From the NCBI GenBank assembly GCA_951406725.2, contig OX597831.1, forward strand, positions 81,902,001-81,966,000: a DNA stretch of 64,000 nt. The letters run 5' to 3'. The notes under the pieces are model-generated. The model had not been told where the DNA came from and did no database searches. It was given only the letters and a program-made list of their open reading frames with translations. The DNA is from Octopus vulgaris. Its lineage: Eukaryota. Made by a program: the position numbers and the translations under genes. Shown piece by piece: positions 12,288-27,000 of this stretch. The first letter of the stretch is position 1. Each line of letters begins with the position of its first letter.

Positions 12288-12564
12288 CAAAACATTATTC
12301 TATTTTCATGCAAACCAGAGTTGACTCTAACCTCCAGTTAATTAACATAACACCAAAGTTACTAATTAACACAGCAGAATATTAATTTCTTTTTCATTTC
12401 CATTTGATCTAATTATGGGAGAGAACCTACATATCACCTCTTAAGAGCTTCATGCTAGCAAAAAGCTTTAGGTTTTGAACAGAAGTCATTAATGTCATTT
12501 GTTTATATTCTTGCTGTGTGTTTTGTTAATGTTTGTTTTGGGCTTTGCTAACACCTTGCACTGC

Positions 12565-12636
12565 TCCGATAGTGTCTGCTCTCGGCTCTGATAGTGTCTG
12601 CTCTCGGCTCTGATAGTGTTTGCTCTCTGCTGTGAT
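12565..12636. repeat. 22-bp tandem repeat x3 in the CCDC125 3'UTR
   Basis: gatagtgtctgctctcggctct repeated. Confidence 0.85.
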
Positions 12637-13424
12637 AACGTTCTGTGGTTTAAGAACCAATAATTTTCAAACATGTGTCCACTCCACCTTCTTCAACTGA
12701 ATCCAAAGTGACATGTGCTGGGAAAGCTATTCAAACATTCTTTCCTTCTGACCACAGCCCAAAGATGTTGACCTTTTAACACAGACCCAGTTTAATTTTA
12801 TTGAGGAAATGGTAGAAGATTCATGGAGGATTCTTCACAAGAAGTAACCTCAACCGACATAGGTCAGAAACATACATACATATATATATGTGTGAATGTG
12901 CATGTATGAATGTATGTGCTGTTAGCTGAGTCATTAGAGCATTAGATGGAATATCCCACAGTTTTTATTCTGATAGGCTGTGCTATGAGTTCAAATCCCG
13001 CCAAGGTCCACTTTGTCTTTCATCTTCATGGAGTCACTAAAAATGTCCCAGTCGAGGGTGGTGGATTCCCAGGACATTACAAGAATGAGGTCTTTGTTCT
13101 GGCTCTTTGCATTCTGGGTCAAATCAAACCTTGATGTCTGAAAAGCACCGTCACCCACCCCACCCTCCAGCAACTCCAGAAAACAGTCTCCTGCCAGAAA
13201 TAGTTGGTGTCAGGCAGTGTCAAAAGAAATGGGTCCTGTGAAAACATGGATGAATAAATGTATGCCTGTGTATATACGTGTATTATATAACCAGTGCTCT
13301 TTGAAGGAAATCCTGTATAATATTTGTTCAACACTGATTTACAAACACTCCCCTGACACATTCAGTGAGAAAGGAGTGTTGACACTAATAACCAATGACA
13401 TTATACTTTACCAGCTGTGATATA

Positions 13425-13620
13425 AAATAAAATAAAAATAAATAAAACATATATGAATATAAATACTAATGTTGGTTTTTGTGATGTCTGGTAAGTCAGA
13501 ACTTCAAAGTTACTGTCAACCTACTAAAAATTCATAAATATGGTATTTTGCTAAAAGTACCATATTTATTGTTTAAAGTATTTCACTTTACACATAAACC
13601 AATATTAATATGAATAAAAA
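13425..13620 (+). terminator. Candidate polyadenylation signals of the CCDC125-like gene
   Basis: Clustered AATAAA at ~13427-13446 and ~13613, with a GT-rich tract (gttggtttttgtg) after the first cluster. Confidence 0.4.
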
Positions 13621-15255
13621 TATTGATTTGCAACTGTGAAAAGAAGGCCAGCATTTTGTAAGGAAAGGCTGTTGCTTGTCGTATTAGCCCAAGATAATAA
13701 CTGGTATTTGTTTAATCGACTCCAACAGAATTAAAACTTAGAACACAGAGCCAAAGTTTAATAGTAACACTCTACTGCTTCAGGCTTCAGCTCCACACTA
13801 ACCTTGATTAATTAACATAATTAGTGTTTTAAAAAACAGGTGGCAATTCATTAGAGTTCATATATTCATATGCTTGAATATTAATTGCTCATTAATAAAT
13901 TAAGCAATGATAATGTTGGTCTTTCCCTCTCCCACCCTCTCTTTCTGACTATGTGTGTGTCTGAGCAATGGAAATAAATTCACATATTTAACATAAATAT
14001 GAGCAAGTTTCTATTCCTTAATGGTGTGAGCATTATGTTGAGTTCCAGATGAAAAATCAATCCACAATATTGATCCAATTCTGGATATTTATGACCCATA
14101 ATGAAAGCATGAAATAATTTAAATAAATTGAGCTTCAACAATATTTACAAACATCTGTCCTTTAGCTTCTTGTACCTCTACTACAAGGACCACTGCTCTT
14201 CAGAACTAGCTAAGTCCATATCCTTTACATCTGGCCCCAGCTCCATACCCTCTATCCCACATGACTTTTCTCTTCCTGTCATCTTTTACAGTTCCTCTCC
14301 TCCTATGTCCCACATAAAATATCTCACTCAATCCCTCTGGATCCCACTGGAATTTTCATCCCTACCCATATTCCTCCCTGCACTTATTGATCTACCTACA
14401 GGAGTTCAAAGTGAACATTGCTCCGCTCTAACCCCTCTCACCAATATAAAAGTCAGAAATTCTATGAAACCCATGGCTACTCCCTCTCTTATTCTGAGTA
14501 AATTGCTATTCTACTTCAGTTTGAAAAAAGTGGGGTTTGACCCCCTTTTCTGACATCCATTGTTACTTTACTGTAAAATATATTTCTGTGTTACGCAATA
14601 ACAAAATATCTGAAAAAAAACTGTATTTTTGTAATGAAAGAAATAAAATGAATTTGAAAAAAATAATTAAACAGTCAATGTTATTTACAATGTAAGGATG
14701 AATAGCAAAACTTGTGAATCCTGCTCTTGCTTCTCAACTACATGGTTCCAGGTTCAATCCCACTTCTACCATATTATATCTTTAGCCCATACACTAGTTT
14801 TCAACAGCCTGGATCCACTAAGCTGTAAACAGGTACCACAGGAAAATAGGTTTCACTGTGTTGTAGGCAGTGGGAGCCTTAGAAAATTGATGAGAGTTTT
14901 CATCATGCTTTAATAGTGAGTAAAACCTGTTATGAGGGGCAATCGGTAGATTGGCTCTGTCAGTTTTATTGGTAATGTGTAATCTAGTACAACCTGTTAT
15001 ATGGTTTGTTGACCACCCTACACCAATCTCCCAACACCAACGGAGTCTGGTGATTGAGGGCTGCAATATTGCTCGAAGGACAAAAAGAAAGAGGAGAACA
15101 GCATAAGGATCAACATCTCTCTAACAACAATGTGTTGGCAGGGAACAGAGGAACACTGGAGAAGGATTGTGCTGTAAGACCAGTTTGGCTGCACTGGAAC
15201 TTTTCTTACCACTGAAATTGCTCATTCTGCAGCAGCTATTCATGACTCTTCCCAT

Positions 15256-15318
15256 AGGTACCTCAGTACCAGTAGGTACCTCAGTACCAGTAGGTACCTC
15301 AGTACCAGTAGGTACCTT
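15256..15318. repeat. 18-bp tandem repeat x3.5
   Basis: taggtacctcagtaccag repeated. Confidence 0.9.
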
Positions 15319-15446
15319 ACAGCCGGCTGCAATAAACCCAGTCATCACCTTACTTTCTTTGGTTTGATTAATTCTTCCAGTTTAAAACTACACTCAGTCG
15401 AGGCCAGTAAAATTGCTAGGACAATTGCGTGTCTAGTTACAGGGTA

Positions 15447-15495
<49 letters not shown>

Positions 15496-16494
15496 AAAGA
15501 GAGAGAGAGAGTGATGGAGGAAGGCGGTTTTGAGGAATTAAATACTGCTACAATGAATACTGCTAAGACAAACTTGGGATCTTTTTTGTTTGGTTGCCAG
15601 TGGCTCCAAAAATTAAAGTTTACCAAAATTTTTTTAATTTGGTACAATAATACACTTGTCCAAACTAAACTGCTGGAGTTATTTCATTTTTTCCAGAAAA
15701 ATGCTTTTAAAAAGTTATAGAGGTTTTTTTTTTTAAATCATTTTCACCCAGTCAGGAAACAGGATTTGGAGGCTGTCATTTTGGGCATGTCCACATTTTG
15801 TCGTCAATATCCTGAAAATATCACGTGTTGCTAATATTTGTAAACAACACGAATTATGTCTCTGGTAATTTCCTTTCATGTAAATAACTGTTTATGTTAA
15901 TTTAGAAGAGAAAAAAACAATTAGTTTTAAAGCGCTGAGCAAGATATTCGCAAATAAACTTTAATTTAAAGATTTCTCGAAAATATCTTATTTAGCTGTT
16001 ATTTTTAGCACACCTCACAACCACCTCAATGCTCAGTGACAAAAAGAAACGAGTAAACAAGACTGCTGTCAACACGTGCTTCCTCGCAGACTTTTCAAAG
16101 ACTGTTACTATGGCAACAGGCAAAAGAGTTCTCATGTTTCAGCTTGTTACTATCGAAACAGACATGAATGTGTCTGTGACTTACGACTGGCTAAAATGAC
16201 CAAAATTGTCAAACTTTAATTGCTAATAACTTTTTATTTAACGATTTACAGCGAAAATTATTTTCGCGCCTATGAAACCAATTCGAACAGAAAATTGCCA
16301 CTGGCAGCCGCTGGCACAACGGCGACGACGGCGGTGGCGGAAGCGGCAGCAGCCGTAGCAGATAAAGGGATGTAACTGATATCTGTAGTAGGGGAAATAA
16401 CTCTACATGCTAAACTGTTGTAATCTGTGTGAAAGCGGAAGGATGACGTGAATTATACAGGTTTTTATTATGATTATTTTATAAGATTAAGATT

Positions 16495-16586
<92 letters not shown>

Positions 16587-16587
16587 T

Positions 16588-19160
16588 ATGTTTCTTTATT
16601 AGCCACACAGACGGGACAAATTACAAGGTAGAGCTTTTCTTTTGGGGATAAAAAAGGGGGTTTGGTTTTCGATCAAAAGGGATCGTAAAAGGAAAGAAAG
16701 AGGGGAAAAGGGGGGGGGATAAAAATAAAAGGAAAAGGAAAAAAATCGATCAATAGGGATCGGTATCACCGAAATGCCAATATAAAGTGTAAAGGGGAGG
16801 ACAGGTGAGGTTTACCCGTGGAAAGAAAAGCCTACGGAAAAGACCACGGTAACCTCGGTCAATGAAGTCACATGTTATATTTTTTTACAAATAAGCAACT
16901 CTCTGTCTTAATTTTTACGGTTCATAGGATCATAGTCAAGGTGGCTTCGTCATTCATACGTGCCATCCTTGCTACATTCACCCATCTTTTTTTAAAACAT
17001 TCACTAGACAAAACTTGCCTCTCTACTCTCACTTTCCTCTTCAAGTGATACTTGAAGAAGTTGATGAGAGATTGACCAGAGAGGAAAGTGTTTGTCTCTA
17101 ATCCTTTCAGGCGCGTCCACCAGATACATTCTTTCGCCATAGCCACAAGGATGATAAAAATAGCTCTTCCTTCCCGTTTGAAGGAAGGAGGCGTGACAAT
17201 ATTGACGATAGACTCGGCTGATAAACCGACACGTCCCACACGTGACAGCAGTCGTTCGACTTAAGCCCACAGGTCGGAGATTGTTGGACACTGCACGATT
17301 GCGTGCAGAACGGTTTCGTCGCTCTGTCCGCATCTCGGGCAGGTCGGTCCCGTGTTTCTCGAGCCATGCCTATAGAGCTTATCCCGAACGGGTAGCGCTT
17401 CTCGGTAGCACTGCCAGGCCAGGGATCTCTGGAGTTGTCCATAGGTCCCGGCCCGAAAGTCGTTTCAAACAGGCGGGTCAGGTATTCCTCGTCGACGCCC
17501 AGGTTTGCCCCAAGATCGTCGTCGTACCTCCCCTCCACAAATCCCCTATAGAATGCTTTGGTTGTGTTGAAGTCACTCAAGGTCGACCCTGGACGGCAGA
17601 GTTGCTTGAGAGCAACGCGACACTCGCGGTGCCATTCGCCCTTCCTCGGCCTCTTTTTGATCCACGACTGCAGTTCGGTCATGGAGACGAGCTGCGGGAA
17701 AGCGTGCCTCACAAACGGTGACCACACCTGTTCACTGTCGTCTACATAGAGCCGGAGATGTCGCAGTCTCAGCGCGTGTCCGCGCATCATCAACCGCGGC
17801 ATGCCCAGCCCTCCTTTTAACGGGTGTTGACAGCAAATGGATCGCCTGACCATCGGGACGCGTCCAGCGTCCCATGACGGAGGTACTGGTGGACGGCATG
17901 GGCTTGCTTCTCCAGGTGCCGAGCCGCAAGCCCACTGACTTTTCCCGGTTAATTTTCGCTCCTGTCACCGCTTCGTAGTCTTTCAGTGTCTCGCCGACCA
18001 GCTCGATGTAATCGTGGCTTGACACTATGACGGTGACGTCGTCCGCGTATGCAGACACGCTCGTCTCGCATCCCAATTCTCGCGGGATGCCCCTCAGAGT
18101 CGCCAGCTTCCGCAGTAGTGGCTCGAGTTAATAGGTATAGAAGCGACGAGAGGGGGCATCCCTGACGGACCGAACGTGCAATGTCGAAAGGTCTCGATAG
18201 ATGTCCATTTACGCGAATTATCGAACGGATGCCTCTGTACAAAGCGGCTATCCAGCCGCGGAAGACGGAACCGAAACCAGCCGCTCTCAGGACTGCCTCC
18301 AAGTATCGATGGTCTACCCTATCGAAGGCTTTCGATTGATCCAAATTGATCAGGGCCCCACCCATGCCAGGTTCCTTAACTACTCTGTCTATGATGTAGC
18401 GCATCAGATGGAGGTTGTCATGGATGCTCCGGCCCAGCACGGCGCACGTTTGTGCCTTGTCGACCAGTTTCTCGATGACAAGCGCCAACCTCTTGGCTAA
18501 CACCTTGGTCAAAATTTTCAGGTCTGCATTGAGCAGAGTGATTGGCCTAAAGTTATCTATAATGTCCCCCTTGTTTGGATCTTTCTTCAGCAGCGTTACG
18601 GCTCCTCGACTCACAAAACCGGGTATGCTCCCGTTTTGCTGCCAGTTGCAGTATACCGCTGCCAAGACGTCTCCAAACATGTCTGGCATACAATTGTAAA
18701 ACTCGTAGGGCAAACCATCCAAACCCGTCGATTTGTCTCTTGAGCATTTTGCCATTGCGTCCCGCACATCCGCCGCCGTGATGGCACCTTCGCAGCACTC
18801 TGCCTCTCTTGCCGAGAGTCGTGGCAGGCTGTGCAGGTAGGCACTGAAGTCTACCCTGCGTTCAAACTCGCCGCTCGTCCCGTACAGTCGGGCAAAGTGC
18901 CGCTAAAATGCCTCGCACATCTTGCTGGGCTCGAGTAATTCGCGCCCTTGTTCATCTACGAGAGACCGAATGGTGGCTTTGTTGCTCTACTGCGCCTCCA
19001 CCACCTGGGCCTCCCTCGCGGCTCCAACACCTTCCATCCTTAGAGCACGCATCCTAGCCCTGACAGCACACCCTTCGTGTTTGGCGTTGAAGTATTGGTC
19101 AAGGGCCAACCTCGCCGCTAAAACGTCGGATGTGATGCCGCTTTTTATTGCCTCTTAAGC
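16588..19160 (-). mobile_element. 5'-truncated, decayed Tx1/L1-clade non-LTR retrotransposon (ORF2: RT + CCHC finger)
   Basis: RT motifs GLDGLP, FRPITLLNAD, LDQSKAFDRVDH, VRQGCPLS, YADD; C-terminal CPRC-x8-H-x4-C; several frameshifts and stops; 3'UTR ends AATAAA-gaaacata-(TCTG/TCTA)n; CpG-rich. Confidence 0.9.
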
Positions 19161-19179
19161 AGGCAGGGAAAGAGGAGAC

Positions 19180-19283
<104 letters not shown>

Positions 19284-19349
19284 ATAGATAGATTGATACA
19301 TGTATGTATGTGTGTTTGTATGGATGGTTGGATGGATGGATGGATGGAT

Positions 19350-19900
19350 GGGTGTTCGTTTAGATAACACGCGCATGCCAAAACAGATGCTGTGTGATGA
19401 GCTGGAACAAGGAAGACATCCCCAATGCATGCCACGCAAACGTTTCAAAGACAATCTTAAAGACGCGATCAAAAAGATCTATGTCGAGACTAGGAGGTGG
19501 GGAAGATCTTGCACCGGATTGGGTTCTGTGGAATGCTCTCTGATTGCTACTGGTGTTATAGAATTCGAGAACGAACAGGATTCTATAGACTGAGTTGAAA
19601 CGTCCTAGTAAATGCATGGAGGATGTGGAACCCTGTTCCTGTGAAGGGCAACAAAGAATCTCCTTCGTGTGACCAGTGAGGTTGTATCTGCTTCTTAAAA
19701 GTAGGTCTACTCAGCCACAAATCTGGTTATGGAGGCACCCTCGTCTTCCAATATGATGTCCAACATGTTCTCTTGTGCGCCTTGTGTAGCAGAGTGTGTG
19801 AGCTGACCAGTGGTCTCACTCGGCAATGTAAGGCCCAGCATCTAGGTTGTGAGGTTGTTGCTGCTGCTAGAAGGCTGACTTGTGGTCGGTGTGGAACGAC
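19350..19900 (+). mobile_element. RTE(BovB)-like LINE 3' fragment
   Basis: VRLDNTRMPKQMLCDELEQGRHPQCMPRKRFKDNLK resembles the RTE C-terminal R-x-P-K-Q...G...KR(Y/F)KD motif; decayed downstream. Confidence 0.65.
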
Positions 19901-19999
19901 TTGTTAGTCCCGGGGCAGTTGCCAGTTGTGTCCATGCCTTAACATGGTCCTGGTGTCAAGTTGTGTTCTTTAATAAAACACAAGACAGCGTCTTTGAGT

Positions 20000-20376
20000 A
20001 ATTTGGTTGGTTGAGAGGCGGTTGGATGGAACCTACACTCGCCTCCTTATGAGAGCTCAAAATCTTTCGTGGAAGCGTCATCCAACCAAAGTACAAATAT
20101 ATGGGAAACTACCACCTGTGTCATCTCTTGTGAAAGGTAGGAGAGTCCAGTTTGCTGGACATTGTTGTAGAGCTGAAAACGAGGCAATTTCTACTCTTCT
20201 CCTCTGGAAACCATCTGCTCGCGATACCAGAGGGCGAACACTCTCCTATCCTGATGTAATCTCCAGGAATACAGGCATCCAGCAACAGCACCTCCGTAAT
20301 GCTATGATGGACCGTGAAGTCTGGCGTAACATAGTAAACTCCATTGTCCCGACCACTGTCGAACAATGATAATGAT
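20000..20376 (+). mobile_element. LINE 3' fragment (RTE-superfamily/Proto2-like; clade uncertain)
   Basis: LDGTYTRLLMRAQNLSWK..IYGKLPP..RRVQFAGHCCR..MMDREVWR, followed by a short (TGA/TAA) tail. Confidence 0.75.
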
Positions 20377-21120
20377 TGAGTAATTTGATGTTTCCGAAAA
20401 GTTGACTTAATTCACATTTCTTGCGCTCTGATCTCTGGTAATATTTAGGCGACACTTGTTCAAAATATATAAATGTGCTTTGGCTTGATTCGAACATGAA
20501 ATCTTTACGGGAGTAAAAGTTCATCTAAAAACGTCATTATATAACTTTTTTCTCTCAGCAAAATAATTATGACGGTGTAATTAACTTGTGGTCGGCTAAC
20601 GTTCACGGAAGGGAAGACTGGTCGGGAAGGACCTACTGGACTTCTTTGAAGCTAGTTGGGAAATAATGTGCTGTAACATTCATACATTTCTCAAAGACGC
20701 GCAAAAGTCATGGCACCCATTTTCTCTTTGGTGGAATACTTAATTAAACCATGCTTAAAAAACAAACCAACAACAAAATATCACTCGCACAACGAGCAAA
20801 TAAACAAAATAAAACATTTTAAGTAAAAATTCATTTTAAACACTTTTTTTTCTCCAGAATATACAAAAGGCACAATGGTGAATGTCTTGGACGGCAATTC
20901 TTGCCAAGAGGTTTTCTCTTTTTTTTTCATTTTTTAAAAAAATTTTGTTTATATTATTAGTAATGGTTGCAACGTTTTAAAGAATTAATGCAAAACAGAA
21001 TATTCCAAATTGAAAACGATAGAAAGATACACTAACACCACACCAAGAACAAAAATACGCGTTGTATATGATAATTATATACTTATATCTTATGTATGTA
21101 TGTATATATATATATATATG

Positions 21121-21173
<53 letters not shown>

Positions 21174-21689
21174 GACGGATTGATAAAGGCACTTGTATCT
21201 AATTGAAAATTAAAATGTCACAAAAATATCAATTCACCCCCCCCACACACACACACACATGCCTACAGACATACATGCATATATATATATATATACATAC
21301 ATCTACATACATCTACATATATATACATATATACACACATATATATACATAGATACATAAATTCATATATATATATATATATATTTGTATCACGTTTACA
21401 CACTCAGGCATACACACACACATACATTGTGGACGGATTGAAAAAAGCGTGTATACCTAATTAAATGTTGAAAGATAAAATATATAAATTCTACAAGGCG
21501 GATTCCAAAATGCTAAACACCTAGTAAATGTACCTGAGTATATAACGTATATATAATATAATACATCTCGTATAGAGTAGGAAAATGGAAACTGGTTATA
21601 GAAACGGAACTTCAAAGATGCCAAAGTGTCAGTTAATACCAAGGAACACACACACAATCCGAGTTGGTCAGTTACCAGGTTATAAAATA

Positions 21690-22017
<328 letters not shown>

Positions 22018-22089
22018 CGATTAATGGACACTCCGAGCTATAAATGATGTTAAATGAACGACAAAATCAAACGTTACGAAATAAAAATA

Positions 22090-23741
22090 ATATTTTTCAA
22101 TTTTCAATTGTAATTTTTATTACGGAAGAATTTAATAATATTTTTTTTTATTCTTCTTCTTCTGGCTAGTATTGTTGTTGTTGTGGTGGTGGATGTGGTT
22201 GTTGATGTTATAAATTTATATATATTTTTTTAAATATCCGTTCGAAAACCCTGGACAAAATGCTTGTATGTTATATATATCATCATTAAAGCAAGAGTTG
22301 GCAACAATATACTCCACGGATTAAACCCGGAATTGCTTCCTACTTGATTTATAATTTAATTTCTTTGAAATTCTTTCGTTTTGAACAGATTGGACAAAAG
22401 AAAGATGGATAAAAAAGAAGAAAAAACAAAGAAAGATCAAGTAAAATTGATAGCTAGATCGATAGTTAGATTATAGTTGGTATAGATTTATTAAAAATAT
22501 CAAAAATGGCAAAGACAAATATAGGATGGAAGGTGAGGGATCGTTTTTCAACTCACAAGGATTCTTTGCCAAAAGAAAAGGAATTGTTTCTAGACCAATA
22601 CTTGCTTCACAGGAATTTTTCTGTTTTTTCTCTCTCTCTCCTTGAAATTTCCTTTGATCTTGGGTGGAATTTTGGCAAGTATTGGTGAAAATCTTGGTTT
22701 CAAGGCTGTTTGAAGTTTTTCTAAACTGTTCTCATCTGTTTTCTTGTTTTCCCAAATTTCAGTAAATAAACAAATAATTCACCTAAAAATAAAATAGATT
22801 TAAAACAATTTGTTGGAGGAGACTTGGTGAAGACGGTCTGCCTGTGTCAGCTGATGGCGTCCACTAAGAAGGTCAAGTGGGTTCTTCGTGTGTCACGTGA
22901 TCAACATGGCTGCTCGTTTTACCCGACCAAAAAAATGGTTGATGGTTGTAGTTATTAATATTATTTTCGTCATCGTTCGTGTTGTTGTTCTTGGTGCTGC
23001 TGCTGCTGATGATGTTCTTGAACGATGTTATTGATGTTGTAATAAACGTTGGCTGGGTAGATGTTTAAAATGTTAGCGTTGTTCAGTTAACATTGAATAT
23101 AACCGGCAATTCCCTCTCCAGTAAATGGCAGACCGGAAGATTCGGATCTTATTCTTCTTGTTCTTGTTGTTGTAATCATTCAGATTATTATTATTATTAT
23201 TATTATTATCGTCGTAGCTGTTGTTGTTATTATTGTCGACGATATCAAATAATTATCTTTGATGTTTCTTTCTTCTTTCTTCTTCTTCTTTCTATTGATG
23301 TTGCTGTCGTCAATTTCTTTCTTTTATTATTTTAAAATATTTATTTCTCCCATTTTGATTTTTCGTAATTTCAGAATTCGAAAATAAAATATTCCATATT
23401 TCTTTACCTGCAAAGATGGTCTTTGATATATTTCCACTGTTGTTGTTCGTGTTGTTGTTAATTCTGTTAAACATTCACTGAAAACAAACAAGAATATTCG
23501 GGTTTCGATATCAGAGTTGGTAAATCCATCAGAAACCCACAAATTAATAATCTGTTTTAAATAAGTGTTTACAATGCCATCTTGCTATTGTTGTTATTGT
23601 TGTTGTCATTATTGTTTTTCTGGTTGTTTCTATTGCTGTTGTTATTGTAGACTTTGTTGTTGCTTCTAAGAGTTTCTAACATTCACATAGTAATTGTTGC
23701 TGTTGAACTCTTTTCTATGTTCATCGTTAGTCTATCCCTGT
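22090..23741 (-). other. Probable RLC 3'UTR with candidate poly(A) signals
   Basis: A-rich/(CAA)-rich sequence without recognisable interspersed repeats downstream of the stop; minus-strand AATAAA at 23328-23323 and 22121-22116. Confidence 0.45.
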
Positions 23742-23843
23742 TTATTCCTCATCCTCCTTGCTCTTGCCCTTGATGATGTCCACCATGGCGTTGTAATCGA
23801 ATTTCTTGTTGTCCAAGGGAGCATCTTTCCATACGTTCTTGAT
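23742..23843 (-). CDS. RLC: RLC terminal coding exon (IKNVWKDAPLDNKKFDYNAMVDIIKGKSKEDEE*)
   Basis: atcgcag acceptor; TAA at 23744-23742. Confidence 0.95.
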   Translation of the reverse strand: MKNVWKDAPLDNKKFDYNAMVDIIKGKSKEDEE

Positions 23844-24702
23844 CTGCGATAAAACATTAAATAGTGGACACGTTTTAATAAATAGTAAACGGTGAACATG
23901 TTTCGTTTATTACAGGACATTAAATTCTGAACAAATAAATATTTGACAATGAACGTGTTTATGATAGAACCTTATGGCGAACATGTTTACTATAAAGCAT
24001 TGTGAACAAGTTTAAGCGGACATCTTTATAAGAAACCATTGAATAATAGGCAATTATATCAAAACATGTTGAGGTTGTCACAAATCAGTTCTGATCTATT
24101 GAACTCATAGCATGTAGATGGACAATCGAGCGACTAAGTGCATTCTGTTTACTACTTGCCAAGCAATCTTGTGGCGGATTATACACACTACTGGTGGTCT
24201 TGCGATGACCATCATTCGGATTACAGACGGTGTCGCCTGTTATCTTCGATAGATCATGCCAAGGTGAAACGAAGCCACAATAAGGGTGGGAGGTTAGAAC
24301 GTCCGATTCGTAATCACAGCGTCTCGGGTTCGATCACATAAGGAGACACTTTGCAGACAACAGTCTTCCACCATAACTTCAAGATATCTTGAAGATTTGA
24401 GATTGAACTAGAGTGGAAGCAAATAGTATGAAAGCTTGTATATTCTTGATGAATCATACTTTCTCATCGCATCCTTCCACTGGCCTCAGACTTTCTGCTA
24501 AGAGAACGGTCGGCAGTCTTCCACACCGCACTAAATAACATGTCGAGCACGAATTACTACGGCCGCTTCAGAAGGTTTCAGTTTTTGATACAATTTCTCT
24601 GGATTTTGTACAACTCCAGGTAATTAGGAAGTCTTTCTAGAAATTACTCAACCCTCTATAATGACCCAGGGAATTGTGGGATATAATTGTAGAAATAATT
24701 AC

Positions 24703-24751
24703 CTCTTCTTTGGTAAAGTTGTCACCCATGTTTTCCAAGAGATCTTTCAAG
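24703..24751 (-). CDS. RLC: RLC exon (YLKDLLENMGDNFTKEE)
   Basis: tttacag acceptor, GAG|gtaatt donor, 49 nt, phase 2/0. Confidence 0.95.
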
Positions 24752-24817
24752 CTGTAAAGTAAAATTGAAAATATATATATAGGTGTGAAGTAGGTAACAC
24801 TTAGATACTTATATGAA

Positions 24818-24912
<95 letters not shown>

Positions 24913-24936
24913 ACATACATACATACATACATACAC

Positions 24937-24989
<53 letters not shown>

Positions 24990-25612
24990 CATACACACAT
25001 AATCATACACACATATGTATGTAAATACAAATAGATCTTTGGGTGTATATGTGTATAATATATATATGTATGCTTGCTTAACTTTGTGCGTGTTATCGAA
25101 AGTACACATGTCTATGGAATACTCAGCCACTTCATATGCTAATTCAGTGAGTATCTAACTCTACTGAGCCAGCTACTGGACACTCATACGTCGTTCGTGA
25201 CCGAAATGTCCATAATCGTCATCATCATAAACACACACACACACACATACACACACGCATACACTGACCAACACATATTGTCATACATATAGACATATGC
25301 ATTCTAATACACACACACACACACACACACGCGCGCATAATTATATACATACACAGATACATACATTTAAATATAAGTGTGTATGTATAATTACGTTAGC
25401 GCACAAATACACCCACCGACTGGAAAATTCGTTTTCTAAATCCTTCGTACAATTTTCTGTGTATTATTTTTCAAAAGAAGATTTTAGAATGACGTCTGTC
25501 CTGAGTATTGTGTAAAAAGTGTTTTTGTCAAGTTTATATTGGCGCCCAACCTATTTATATTATTTTGCTGTTCCCAAACGATTTCCGAGACAATTTAACA
25601 AGGAATACTTAC

Positions 25613-25691
25613 TAATCTTCTGGAATGAAACCTTGGTTGTCCTCATCGAACATGCAGAAAGCGTTTCTCAAGGTTCCTTCGGGGTCGGTAC
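25613..25691 (-). CDS. RLC: RLC exon (GTDPEGTLRNAFCMFDEDNQGFIPED)
   Basis: tcacag acceptor, TA|gtaagt donor, 79 nt, phase 1/2. Confidence 0.95.
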
Positions 25692-26202
25692 CTGTGAGTC
25701 AATACAACATGATATAAAGCATGTGATAGAGTATGACACAATACATACATACATACACACGCACATACATACACACACACACACACACACGCACACACGC
25801 ACACACAGGCACGCACACACACGCACACATATATATACCAACAACATATATGAGTGAATATGTATATGTATATAGTCATGTAAATATGTAAATTAAAAAA
25901 GCAAGCACGAAGAACAAAACAGAAACAACAAAGAACAATGGATAGCGTATTAGTTTAATACGTGCGAAACTGAAACGGAGTGACGTAACGTTTCGGATGT
26001 TAGTTCTTCATCAAAAGAAAGAGAAGAGGGAGAAAGAGAAACAGCATGTAGTAGAAAAAATATATGTATGCATGTATGATTGTATGTACGTGTGCAAGTG
26101 TGTATGCATGCATGTATGAATATATGTAAGTACGTATATATGTATGTCTATATCTATGTATGATAAAAATTTAAGTGAATGAGTCAACAAATAGTTACTT
26201 AC

Positions 26203-26304
26203 CAGAAACTTTGTCACCAAAGAGAGTGAGAAAAGATGTGAAGTTGAGTTGACCGGGGCATTCTTTGAGCATACCCTTGAGATCTTCATCAGATGGTACT
26301 CTTC
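26203..26304 (-). CDS. RLC: RLC exon (RVPSDEDLKGMLKECPGQLNFTSFLTLFGDKVS)
   Basis: attcag acceptor, G|gtaagt donor, 102 nt, phase 1/1. Confidence 0.95.
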
Positions 26305-26767
26305 CTGAATAACAAAGAAATACAAATGTTGTTATTATTATTGTTGTTGTTGTTGAATGAGAGAGCAACTTGCATCATCAAAGTGGTGCTGTAGCACAAA
26401 TATACGAAGCCCAGAATACCCATCTTTTTGTATATCTACGTCTGTATTGCTCAATGCAACCCTCTACCCACCCACCCACCCAACTCCATCCTAATGAATC
26501 GGGCCTGAGATCAATGTCGTTCCGGCCGTGATCATCCAGGCATATATTTTTCTGTCTGACTCTAGTATATCTAGGAATAGATTATCCAGTCTTTCCCTTT
26601 CTGAAATTAAAGAGTGTGAATTGAAGGAGGATATTTTCTGCTATTTCTAGTAAGCAAAGCGACCCCGTAACAGCTACAAAATCCTTTTACCTTTCTTTAT
26701 TTTTGTATTTCATTCGACGGCCCAAATGCTAGAGGAATTATTGGAAAGGGTGATGACCCCTACTTAC

Positions 26768-26843
26768 CGAGGGAGGAGAACATGTCTTTCAGATCCTCCA
26801 TTCCAATGAAACCATCTCTATCTTGATCGATCATGGTGAAAGC
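26768..26843 (-). CDS. RLC: RLC exon with EF-hand 1 (AFTMIDQDRDGFIGMEDLKDMFSSLG)
   Basis: cctgtag acceptor, G|gtaagt donor, 76 nt. Confidence 0.95.
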
Positions 26844-26965
26844 CTACAGGAAGACAGAAGAGACGCCTTAGAGAAATGGCACATACATACATGTTCTACA
26901 CATTTGTTTTACACGCACACACACACAGACACACACAGACACACACGCACAGACCACGCACACGC

Positions 26966-27000
<35 letters not shown>

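Noticed and set aside
14128-14553. 141-aa ORF downstream of CCDC125
   Set aside because: Non-ATG start, pyrimidine-biased low-complexity sequence and no recognisable homology.
15256-15318. Short direct-repeat arrays (also 1301-1370, 11202-11250, 12565-12636) as CRISPR-like or coding repeats
   Set aside because: Head-to-tail minisatellites without spacers in eukaryotic DNA.
23327-23410. CAG|GTAAAG site in the RLC 3' region as an alternative last exon
   Set aside because: The downstream peptide (VKKYGIFYFRILK...) has no EF-hand or RLC similarity.
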